From a virus (taxonomy: Duplodnaviria > Caudoviricetes), in IMG/VR virus record IMGVR_UViG_3300046820_001085, positions 1 to 57,048 of that record: a stretch of 57,048 nt of DNA. The stretch is one strand, 5' to 3'. Shown in pieces: positions 17,681 to 26,093 of the stretch. The position numbers and the translations under genes were made by a program. The notes under the pieces are model-generated. The model was not told where the DNA came from and did no database searches. It saw only the letters and a list, made by a program, of their open reading frames with translations. Each line of letters starts with the position of its first letter. Within the stretch, counting starts at the first letter, position 1.

Positions 17681-19024
17681 TTAGTTAACAATGCGCCATT
17701 GGCCTTGCTCAAACGTACCTTCAACAGCTAATACCCAATCATTACCAGTGAAGAATAATTTCTTCATTGTATTAGCATTTGTTGTGTAAGCACTACTTGT
17801 TTGTTCAGAAGCATCAAAACTTACTATCCAATCAGTTCCGTTGTACTCAATGATGTCGTTTGCGCTGGCAATTAAATCTCCCCAGTTACCATTTTGTACA
17901 ACATCGTTGGCCAACAGATAGCGTTGACCACGAGCAACAGGTGGTAAGTTTCCTGCGCCTGGGAAACTGCTGACTGGATTAATAACGCCATTGATCATAA
18001 CAACAGTATCATTGGGCAACGTAGTAGTATCAAGCGAATAGCCCAAGATGTTTTCATTGCCATCTATTTCGGCCACTCGCAATATTACTTCCACTGGATC
18101 TACAGGATCTCCTAGCTTTAGTCTAATTTCGGTAATTCCATTGTGTATACTGCCATAGTGACTAAAGTGTTCTTTCCAGCTTAGTGTGCCACCAGTGCCT
18201 AAATTGTTAATACCATTTTTTTGGTTAAGCAGTTGAATGTAATCTTCTGTTACCTTAATGTGTCTATCCTCAAATGTAATCCATTGTCTAGTTTGCATAG
18301 ATGATTCATTTAAAATAATATCATCAATAAAGCCGTAGTTGGCACTAACGTTGTTAAGAATGCTATGAATAAGAACCTGGCGCTTGACTTTGGCAGGTGG
18401 GCTTAGATAGATTGGCAGTTGGAAGATTAAACTTGCAACGTCAATGATATCATCGGTGCCTTGTGGAATACTGCGAGCAGTCCATGTAATGTTAATAAGC
18501 TCTACAACAGCCAAGCTGGTCCAGTCGTAGGGATTTTGACTGCTTTGCAAGTTAACACTTGGATTGAATAACAGCAACAACTGTTCAAGTAGCTGTAGCT
18601 TTTGTTCTGTATTACTGGTCCATATATCAACGTTAATAGTCAAGTCATATGGAATAGGAGCATGACGTTCTAGTGTATAAGTTTCACCAATTTGGTCAAT
18701 GTATGTTCCTGCGTTAGGATCATATGTCTTTTCATAAACCTGTACGCTATCTTGGAAAGTTGGATTTAATCTACGTTCAGCGTTGGGCACAAGTTCAGCA
18801 ATGTAGCAACTGATAGCAGGAACACTTAAAATTGTGTTTTCACTGTTATTGCGTAAGATGTGTTGGCTCATGCGGTTAGTATCACCGTAACGAACAGGCA
18901 CTTGATGATAGATGTCAGCACCATTTGCGTCCTTGCCCATCTTAACACTGAAGCCACCAAACAGGCGCATGAACTGTAACAGCCAGCGTCTTATCTGTTG
19001 ATCATAAAAATATTGTTGTGCCAT
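17681..19024 (-). CDS. Tail completion / sheath stabiliser, T4 gp15-like, with a C-terminal extension
   Basis: N-terminus YFYDQQIRRWLLQF..LF...VPVRYG...P, plus PIPYDL...DIW...QLLEQLLLLFNP, typical of gp15. Confidence 0.75.
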   Translation of the reverse strand: MAQQYFYDQQIRRWLLQFMRLFGGFSVKMGKDANGADIYHQVPVRYGDTNRMSQHILRNNSENTILSVPAISCYIAELVPNAERRLNPTFQDSVQVYEKTYDPNAGTYIDQIGETYTLERHAPIPYDLTINVDIWTSNTEQKLQLLEQLLLLFNPSVNLQSSQNPYDWTSLAVVELINITWTARSIPQGTDDIIDVASLIFQLPIYLSPPAKVKRQVLIHSILNNVSANYGFIDDIILNESSMQTRQWITFEDRHIKVTEDYIQLLNQKNGINNLGTGGTLSWKEHFSHYGSIHNGITEIRLKLGDPVDPVEVILRVAEIDGNENILGYSLDTTTLPNDTVVMINGVINPVSSFPGAGNLPPVARGQRYLLANDVVQNGNWGDLIASANDIIEYNGTDWIVSFDASEQTSSAYTTNANTMKKLFFTGNDWVLAVEGTFEQGQWRIVN

Positions 19025-20127
19025 TAATTGTCTGCCTTAGGTTTAGTGAACACTCTACTTAGTGGCTGACGTTGATCAATGGTTTCTTTGCTACCACTCA
19101 TACCATTGACACTGGTTGTAGCAGTATTGTTAATAAACTTACCAGCATTGTATGTGGCTGTTGACCAACCAACTTGATTTAAGTTGTCCATAACTCTATG
19201 CCAGCGATTTCCTCGATAAACAAATAGTCTATTAGGATTAAAGTCAACACGCATAAACAAGTCGCCTTGACCTGGGCTACCCGGGAAAGTCAATCCAGTT
19301 GATACACCTGTACTATCTCCATGACTGGCAACATACTCGCTGGTCTTGACAGCAGTATTTGGTATTCCGTCAGGGTTACCATCAAAGCCTTTGATAGTGG
19401 GTGCAAACGTTGTCATGTCGGTTGTTGTATAACCAGCACTAGGTGTTAATACTTCAGCACTAGCTAGTATGGCATTGGAAATTGCTATTTCCTTTTGATA
19501 TGTGCTTAATGCGTTTTTCAAACTATCCTCATCTTCTGGATTGCCTAATAGGCTACGATACTCTTGTGCATCATTGATTGGGCTAGCTTTAATTCTCCAC
19601 AGGTGCGGCCACCAAGTTGGGCCAAAACCTTCTGCGGCACGTGCCGCATCCTGAATGGAATAAAACTTGTTAATGCTCTTTGCTGTAGCATCCAACAACA
19701 GATCATCATTCAAGTGTGGAATTTCAATTACATCGCCGGGCATGAGTTTACGACCAATACGTTCTACCATTTCGTTTGTATGGAATGTAATAAACAGCGT
19801 ATCAGCATTTAGGAACAGGCCAAATTGACTCAAGTCAAAGTCTTGGTCTGTTACGTTGTAAGTTCCACGTAGCTCGTAAATTGTGGTATCATACACGCGG
19901 TCTCGGTTTTCCATGAACAGTACGTCTTGAATGTCCATTTCAGATATCTCGCCTTTAGCGGCTAAATTGGGCCTGGCAGGATCAGAACCATCTTCTGTAG
20001 TCGCAGGACCAAGATACTTGTGTATCAGTATAGTTGTACCACCGGCACCTACCGCTTCACGTATGATTCGGTCCTGATAGTAGTAGTCGTTAGTTTTGGC
20101 GTTCTTCCAAAGCGATATTTTTGGCAT
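19024..20127 (-). CDS. Neck protein, T4 gp14-like
   Basis: LFMENRDR, DLSQFGL...TLFITFH, GDVIEIPHL. Adjacent to the gp15-like gene. Confidence 0.65.
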   Translation of the reverse strand: MPKISLWKNAKTNDYYYQDRIIREAVGAGGTTILIHKYLGPATTEDGSDPARPNLAAKGEISEMDIQDVLFMENRDRVYDTTIYELRGTYNVTDQDFDLSQFGLFLNADTLFITFHTNEMVERIGRKLMPGDVIEIPHLNDDLLLDATAKSINKFYSIQDAARAAEGFGPTWWPHLWRIKASPINDAQEYRSLLGNPEDEDSLKNALSTYQKEIAISNAILASAEVLTPSAGYTTTDMTTFAPTIKGFDGNPDGIPNTAVKTSEYVASHGDSTGVSTGLTFPGSPGQGDLFMRVDFNPNRLFVYRGNRWHRVMDNLNQVGWSTATYNAGKFINNTATTSVNGMSGSKETIDQRQPLSRVFTKPKADN

Positions 20128-20185
20128 AATGTCCTCAGGACCAAAATGGTCCTATAATTGTAAGCTATTTACCGGTTCTAAGCAC

Positions 20186-20214
20186 TTGACAGGCCCGCAA
20201 AGATAAGTTATAAT
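20186..20214 (+). promoter_or_regulatory. Consensus sigma70-type early promoter
   Basis: TTGACA-17 nt-TATAAT. Confidence 0.9.
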
Positions 20215-20247
20215 AGACAAATCGCTTAACAACTTTTAGGAGTAAAA

Positions 20248-21456
20248 ATGGCTACAGCAACCAAAAAAGCACCTGTTAAAACTACACGGGTTACCAAAAA
20301 ACAAGTAACAGCATACAGGACCAAAACTGCCCGTGACAATAGCCCACATTGGGATGGTGCCCAAGACTGGGACGAGGCAAAATTTACTGGCCACTTCCGT
20401 ACAGCGATGTCTTATTATCGTCTTGAGTCTACTACAAAGGACCTGCGCCTAAAAGTTGTAGAGTGGATGGAACTAAACGGCTATGCCAAAGATGAAATTA
20501 ATACGTTCCGCAAACTCAAAGACAGTCGGTTGAATAGTACAATGTGTGCTATTGCCGCTTGCTTGCTTCGCGGTATGCCAGAAGTACATGAAAGCTTTAA
20601 CAGTGGTAAAGACACTGGTGCGTGGTTGCGCGGCGCCATTGCAGATTCTATTGCGTCCGGCACATATGATAACGATGAACCAGAGGAAGCAGTAGAAGCA
20701 AAGCCAGAAGTAAAGAAAGAAACAATTCAGGACCGTTTGGCAGAAAAGTTTGCGGAAGCAATGGGTGAGATTGAAGGTGCTATTGATGAGTTCCTTGCCA
20801 CAGGCAAAGAGTTTTCTGCGTACAAGTATTTGTCCGCACAAAATATTGCGGTGCAATACTCATCTAAGATTCCAGATATCATACAACAAAAAATTAATGA
20901 GATGAACGAGTTGCTGGAAGGTAAAGACGCCCAATTGCTTGAAGGTTACAAGCACATGGGCAAGCGTGAGATTAAGGCTTATGTCAAGTTCCTAGAAAAC
21001 ATTATTAATGATTCTGTAGCATACAAGACAAGTAAGCTTGCAACTCGTGCTAAACCCAAGCGCAAGCCAGTACCACCAGAGCGTCAAGTTAAAGGTCTCA
21101 AGTTCCTTAAAGAATTTGCAGAGCTTGGACTTAAGAGTATCAACCCAACAGAGATTTTGGGTGTAAGCGAGCTGTGGACTTACAATACTAAAACCCGTAA
21201 ACTAGGACGCTTTGTTGTTAGTATGCATGGTGACATGGCTATTAGTACACTTGGCGTTAAAGGTAGTGCTATCACAGGCTACGATGAGCTTAAGAGTACC
21301 TGCAAGACTTTGCGTAAGCCTGCAGAAAAGCTTGCAGAGTTTAAGACACAAGGCAAGCCTGGTTTGCGTAAGTTTATGGACACTATTAAGTCTGTAGAGA
21401 CCAAGCTAAAAGGACGCATTTCGCCAGAAACCATCTTGCTCCGAGCAATCAAGTAA
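20248..21456 (+). CDS. Hypothetical protein, likely expressed early
   Basis: 402 aa with an AGGAG RBS, a perfect sigma70 promoter and a basic C-terminal domain. Confidence 0.8.
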   Translation: MATATKKAPVKTTRVTKKQVTAYRTKTARDNSPHWDGAQDWDEAKFTGHFRTAMSYYRLESTTKDLRLKVVEWMELNGYAKDEINTFRKLKDSRLNSTMCAIAACLLRGMPEVHESFNSGKDTGAWLRGAIADSIASGTYDNDEPEEAVEAKPEVKKETIQDRLAEKFAEAMGEIEGAIDEFLATGKEFSAYKYLSAQNIAVQYSSKIPDIIQQKINEMNELLEGKDAQLLEGYKHMGKREIKAYVKFLENIINDSVAYKTSKLATRAKPKRKPVPPERQVKGLKFLKEFAELGLKSINPTEILGVSELWTYNTKTRKLGRFVVSMHGDMAISTLGVKGSAITGYDELKSTCKTLRKPAEKLAEFKTQGKPGLRKFMDTIKSVETKLKGRISPETILLRAIK

Positions 21457-21467
21457 GTTTTGCTACC

Positions 21468-21494
21468 AGTCTCCGGTAAATACTACCGGAGACT
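21468..21494 (+). promoter_or_regulatory. 11-bp hairpin with the late promoter at its loop and the gp13 RBS in its 3' arm
   Basis: AGTCTCCGGTA-AATAC-TACCGGAGACT, with TAAATA at 21477-21482 and ATG at 21498. Confidence 0.75.
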
Positions 21495-21497
21495 CTC

Positions 21498-22256
21498 ATG
21501 GCAGAACTAAACACAAATACAACACAACGGGCTAAAGCAATCAAGTACATCGAGTTAAACCTCGGTGGCGGTATGGTTGATATTGAGCTTGACAAAGAAC
21601 ATTATGACATGGCTCTTGATAGAGCCATTGGCTATTACCGTCAACGTAGTAGCAGGGCTGTTGAAGAAAGCTTTATGATTTTGCGCCTAAGCCCAGATCA
21701 AAGCAATTATAGATTACCCGATGAAGTCATTGAAGTTAGGGTAGTATATCGTAACAGCGCAGGCGGTGTAGGTAGCACAGCCACAAATTTTGAACCCTTT
21801 GAAGCTGGTTACTTGAACATGTACATGCTGAATGCCGCACGTGGGCAAGGTCTTGCCACATTTGAATTGTACATGGGACAGCGAGAAATGTTAGGCCGTA
21901 TGTTTGGTGCCAATGTAACATTTACATGGTCTAACTCATCTAAGATTTTAAACTTACATCGTAATGTCAAAACAGATGAAAGTACAGTACTACACACTTA
22001 TAACTATCGTCCAGATGAAAGCTTGTTTACAGATGTGTATGCTGGCCAGTGGCTAAGAGACTATGCTCTTGCAGTGGCTAAAATGAGTCTAGGACAAGCT
22101 CGTAGTAAGTTTGCTAGTTTAGCTGGTCCACAAGGTGGTGTACAACTTAACGGTAACGACTTGATCCAACAAGGCCAAGCTGAAAAAGACAAACTAGAAG
22201 AAGCATTGTTAAAGTACGAAGATGGTGGTACTCCATTAAGCTTTATCTTTGGCTAA
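21498..22256 (+). CDS. Neck protein, T4 gp13-like
   Basis: YIELNLGGGMVDIEL, WLRDYALAVAK..LG..RSKF, GPQGGVQLNG. Confidence 0.85.
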   Translation: MAELNTNTTQRAKAIKYIELNLGGGMVDIELDKEHYDMALDRAIGYYRQRSSRAVEESFMILRLSPDQSNYRLPDEVIEVRVVYRNSAGGVGSTATNFEPFEAGYLNMYMLNAARGQGLATFELYMGQREMLGRMFGANVTFTWSNSSKILNLHRNVKTDESTVLHTYNYRPDESLFTDVYAGQWLRDYALAVAKMSLGQARSKFASLAGPQGGVQLNGNDLIQQGQAEKDKLEEALLKYEDGGTPLSFIFG

Positions 22257-22263
22257 TTTACTA

Positions 22264-22292
22264 TTGATCTAGTTTAGCAATTGTGTTAAACT
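22264..22292 (+). promoter_or_regulatory. Sigma70-type promoter for the dNMP kinase gene (likely leaderless)
   Basis: TTGATC-17-TAAACT with TGn; ATG 5 nt downstream. Confidence 0.6.
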
Positions 22293-22297
22293 AAATC

Positions 22298-22918
22298 ATG
22301 ACTACAATTATTGGCGTATGCGGCTTTATAGGTTCTGGCAAAGACACAGCCGCAGATTATCTTGTTAATTTCCACGAGTTTCGTAGAGATTCATTTGCCG
22401 CTACGCTCAAAGACGCGGTTGCCGCAGTTTTTGGTTGGGACCGAGAATTACTTGAAGGTCGTACCAAAGAAGCCCGAGAATGGCGCGAACAAGTAGATAC
22501 GTGGTGGGCTAAAAAGTTAAACATGACAAACTTAACACCACGTTGGGTGCTACAATATTGGGGTACAGAAGTTTGTCGTAAAGGCTTTCACGATGATATT
22601 TGGATTGCCAGTTTAGAAGCACGTTTGCGTAACAGCAAAGACAATATTGTTATTAGCGATTGTCGTTTCCCAAACGAAATTAAAGCTATTAAAGAAGCAG
22701 GTGGCAAGGTAATTTGGGTACAGCGTGGGGAGTTACCAAGCTGGCACATTATGGCAGGCAAAGCTAACAACGGTGATGCTTTTGCTAGGGAGAAGCTCAA
22801 GCACTTGGGTATCCATGCTAGCGAAACAGCCTGGGTAGGCACAGAGTTTGATGCCATCATTGACAATAATGGTAGCATTGACGACTTGTATAAACAGCTT
22901 GCCAACGTTGTCCAGTAA
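22298..22918 (+). CDS. Deoxynucleoside monophosphate kinase (T4 gp1-like)
   Basis: P-loop GFIGSGKDT, SFAATLK, TPRWVLQYWGTE, ISDCRFPNE, HASE. Confidence 0.9.
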   Translation: MTTIIGVCGFIGSGKDTAADYLVNFHEFRRDSFAATLKDAVAAVFGWDRELLEGRTKEAREWREQVDTWWAKKLNMTNLTPRWVLQYWGTEVCRKGFHDDIWIASLEARLRNSKDNIVISDCRFPNEIKAIKEAGGKVIWVQRGELPSWHIMAGKANNGDAFAREKLKHLGIHASETAWVGTEFDAIIDNNGSIDDLYKQLANVVQ

Positions 22919-23020
22919 AATTTAAAAGCAAGTATTCCGCTAAATAGGTCCAGAAACGCTTGTATGAGCTAAATATCTCTGAAGAAGGGCAAGAATCCCT
23001 TAAAGAATGGAGATATTATA

Positions 23021-25402
23021 ATGGCTCAGTTAGTTTCCCCAGGCGTAAGCGTATCGATTATCGATGAAAGCGCATACGCATCTGCAGGCAACGGTACCGT
23101 ACCAGTTATTGTTTTAGCAACACGATCAGGCAAAACAGCGCCTGATGGTTCATCTGCTCAATATACTACAGCACCTTTTGCTAAAAAACCCCTAATTGTT
23201 ACTAGCCAACGCGAGTTGGTACAACTATACGGTGAACCAAAGTTCACTATCGTTGACGGTACACCTGTACATGGTCACGAATTAAACGAATACGGCTTGC
23301 TTGCCGCTTATTACTACCTGGGTATTGCCAACCGTGCTATTTTAGTACGTGCTGACTTGAACATGGAAGAACTAGAGCCACAAGCAGAAGCACCAGTTGG
23401 TCCTCCAGCTAATAACCAATACTGGTTAGATACAAATGATAGCCAATTTGGTTTATTTGAATCTGTTGGCGGCAAGTGGGTTTCTAAAACTGTTACAGTT
23501 ACTGATGGCACCCCAGGTGCAGGCATTGGTGCCAATGGCAACTACGCACTTGATGCATCAAGCTCAACAAGAAAATACTACAAAAAAGTAGACGGCTCAT
23601 GGCGAGAAGTTACTTCTGCTAGCCTAGTAAAGACAGTTACAGTTGCTCCTCACTACCAAGTACCTGATGCAAGCGTAGCCGGTAACGTATGGTTAAAAAC
23701 AACAAGCCCAAATGCTGGTTTAAACCTACGTATCAAGAAATATGCTTCTAAAACAGAAAGCTGGACTGTACAAAAAATTGGTCCAAGCAAAGCTGATATG
23801 TTAGTTGGTTATGAAGATAATGCTACTGCTACTGCTGAATTTGGTTCTGCCTTAGTTACAAATAGTTTATACATTCAGTTTGATGAACCAACAGCCGCTC
23901 GCTTTACAGTTAAGCGTTGGGATGGCGCAAGCTGGATTACTTTAGATCCAAGCGCAAGTGATGCCGCACCAACAGGTCCTATTGTTGATGGCCGTTTATG
24001 GTATGATGCTGGTACAAACGTTGACGTTTATGTTAAGGCAACAGTTAACGATACACCAATTTGGACAGCCGTAGAAAGCATTCACGTTAACACAACAGAA
24101 CCAAGTAGCGCAAGCAATGGTGATGTATGGATTGACACAAACGATATGGCCAATTATCCAGTAATCAAGTTCTATGATGGTACTGATTGGGTAACACGCG
24201 ATAACGCAGACCAAACAACAGAAGAAGGTTGCTTATTTGTTGACTTAACAGCAACAGCCGGCGACAACACTGGTATTGAAGGTGGCGCAACAGCCATGGA
24301 CGATCAAGTTCCAAACCCAGCCTACTACCCAGATGGTATGCTATTATGGAACAGCGCAGTAAGCTCTGGTAACGTTAAGAAGTGGAATGCCGCTGAAGAA
24401 TTCTGGCAAACAGAATCTGGTAACGTTGACAGTGGTTTCAAAGCAGGTGCTCCATACATGTTTGAAAAAGCTCAACGCCGTGTAGTTGTAAAACGTCTAC
24501 AAGCCGCTTTAACAGACAACGAAGATTTACGTGCAGAAACATTAGACTTCAACCTAGTGGCAACACCTGGTTATGTTGAATGTATGGACGAAATGATTAC
24601 ATTAAGCTTTGACCGTAAAGAAACAGTATTCGTCATTGGTGACACTCCAATGAAGTTGTCAAACAGAATGAGTGCAGTTCACACATGGGCAATGGGTACA
24701 GAAGCTGGTACTAACGGCGCTGATGGTTTAACAACACGCAGTGGTAATGCCGCAATTTACTACCCAAGCGCATTGTCTACAGACTTAGACGGTAATGATG
24801 TTGCAGTTCCTGCAAGTCATGCAGTTCTACGTGGCTATGCTTACAACGACCAAGTTGCTTATCCATGGTTCGCTCCAGCTGGTTTAACACGTGGTGTTCT
24901 AAGTGGCGTAAGTAACCTAGGTTTAGTAAACGCTGAAAACGAGTTCTTACCATTGGCATTGAACCAAGGTCAACGTGATACATTGTATCAGGACAACATT
25001 AACCCATTGGTTAATTTCCCAGGACAAGGTTTGTTTACATGGGGTCAGAAAACATTGTATCCATTTAGCTCTGCCCTAGACCGCGTTAACGTTGCTCGCT
25101 TATTAGTATATCTACGTAAGCAGTTTGACATTATTGCTCGTCCGTTCATCTTTGAACCAAACGACAAGATTACACGTGACCGCGTAATTAAGGTGTTCAA
25201 TGGATTTATGGCTGACATGGTATCAAAACGTGCTGTCTATGACTTCTTGGTAGTTTGCGATGAGACAAACAACACACCAACAAGAATTGACAGAAATGAA
25301 TTGTACATTGATATTGCAATTGAGCCAGTTAAGGCAATTGAATTCATCTACATTCCAGTTCGAGTTGTAAACACTGGCGCGATCGCCAATAACACTAAAT
25401 AA
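23021..25402 (+). CDS. Tail sheath protein, gp18-like
   Basis: LVSPGVSVSIIDES, PWFAPAGLTRG, INPLV, WGQKTL, SALDRVNVARL, FEPND, VVCDETNNTP. Confidence 0.95.
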   Translation: MAQLVSPGVSVSIIDESAYASAGNGTVPVIVLATRSGKTAPDGSSAQYTTAPFAKKPLIVTSQRELVQLYGEPKFTIVDGTPVHGHELNEYGLLAAYYYLGIANRAILVRADLNMEELEPQAEAPVGPPANNQYWLDTNDSQFGLFESVGGKWVSKTVTVTDGTPGAGIGANGNYALDASSSTRKYYKKVDGSWREVTSASLVKTVTVAPHYQVPDASVAGNVWLKTTSPNAGLNLRIKKYASKTESWTVQKIGPSKADMLVGYEDNATATAEFGSALVTNSLYIQFDEPTAARFTVKRWDGASWITLDPSASDAAPTGPIVDGRLWYDAGTNVDVYVKATVNDTPIWTAVESIHVNTTEPSSASNGDVWIDTNDMANYPVIKFYDGTDWVTRDNADQTTEEGCLFVDLTATAGDNTGIEGGATAMDDQVPNPAYYPDGMLLWNSAVSSGNVKKWNAAEEFWQTESGNVDSGFKAGAPYMFEKAQRRVVVKRLQAALTDNEDLRAETLDFNLVATPGYVECMDEMITLSFDRKETVFVIGDTPMKLSNRMSAVHTWAMGTEAGTNGADGLTTRSGNAAIYYPSALSTDLDGNDVAVPASHAVLRGYAYNDQVAYPWFAPAGLTRGVLSGVSNLGLVNAENEFLPLALNQGQRDTLYQDNINPLVNFPGQGLFTWGQKTLYPFSSALDRVNVARLLVYLRKQFDIIARPFIFEPNDKITRDRVIKVFNGFMADMVSKRAVYDFLVVCDETNNTPTRIDRNELYIDIAIEPVKAIEFIYIPVRVVNTGAIANNTK

Positions 25403-25421
25403 CGACAAGGAGAACTGAAAA

Positions 25422-25991
25422 ATGGCAGTCGATTTAAGTAAATTTAACGTACCAGGCGGGGCCGGTGGCCCTCTGGTACAGCCTAAGCTAAGTTATCGCT
25501 TTCGTGTCACACTCACTGGTTTCGGTGATGGCGATACATTGCAATTAACAAGCCAGGTAGTAAGTGTTGGCCGCCCAAGTTTAACACATGATGACGTTGT
25601 AGTAGACGTTTATAACTCACGTATTAACTTGGCAGGTAAGCACTCATGGGATCCAATCACATTAACTGTTAAAGATGATGTAACAAACGAAGTAGTTCGT
25701 GCTATTGGTTCACAGTTGCAAAGACAAGTAGACCACGCTAACCAATATTCTTCAAGATCTGGTGGCGGTTATAAGTTTGAAATGCTTATTGAAAACTTAG
25801 ACGGAAGTGAAGAAACACTTGACACTTGGACATTAGGCGGTTGCTACATCCAAAACGTAAACTACGGTGAAAACAACTACTCAACAAGTGATCCGTTAAA
25901 CATCACTATCGCTATCAAGTACGATAACGCTAACCATGAAGGCCAATTAGAAGGCACACAAGGTGGCGGCGATCTATCAACAGGTGGCTAA
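25422..25991 (+). CDS. Tail tube protein, gp19-like
   Basis: Follows the sheath gene. Motifs YRFRV, AGKHSWDPITLTVKDD, GCYIQNVNYG..Y, IKYDNA. Confidence 0.85.
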   Translation: MAVDLSKFNVPGGAGGPLVQPKLSYRFRVTLTGFGDGDTLQLTSQVVSVGRPSLTHDDVVVDVYNSRINLAGKHSWDPITLTVKDDVTNEVVRAIGSQLQRQVDHANQYSSRSGGGYKFEMLIENLDGSEETLDTWTLGGCYIQNVNYGENNYSTSDPLNITIAIKYDNANHEGQLEGTQGGGDLSTGG

Positions 25992-26059
25992 TAAAAGCTC
26001 ACTTTAATAAAGTGATAAGTAAGAGTAAGCAGAAATGCTTGCCCTTATTAGGAGAAAGA

Positions 26060-26087
26060 AATAAAGGGCGAGAAATCGCCCTTTATT
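26060..26087 (+). promoter_or_regulatory. Stable hairpin between an SD-like sequence and the start codon of the next gene (or a terminator)
   Basis: AATAAAGGGCGA-GAAA-TCGCCCTTTATT, with AGGAGA at about 26050-26055 and ATG at 26094. Confidence 0.6.
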
Positions 26088-26093
26088 ATTGAT

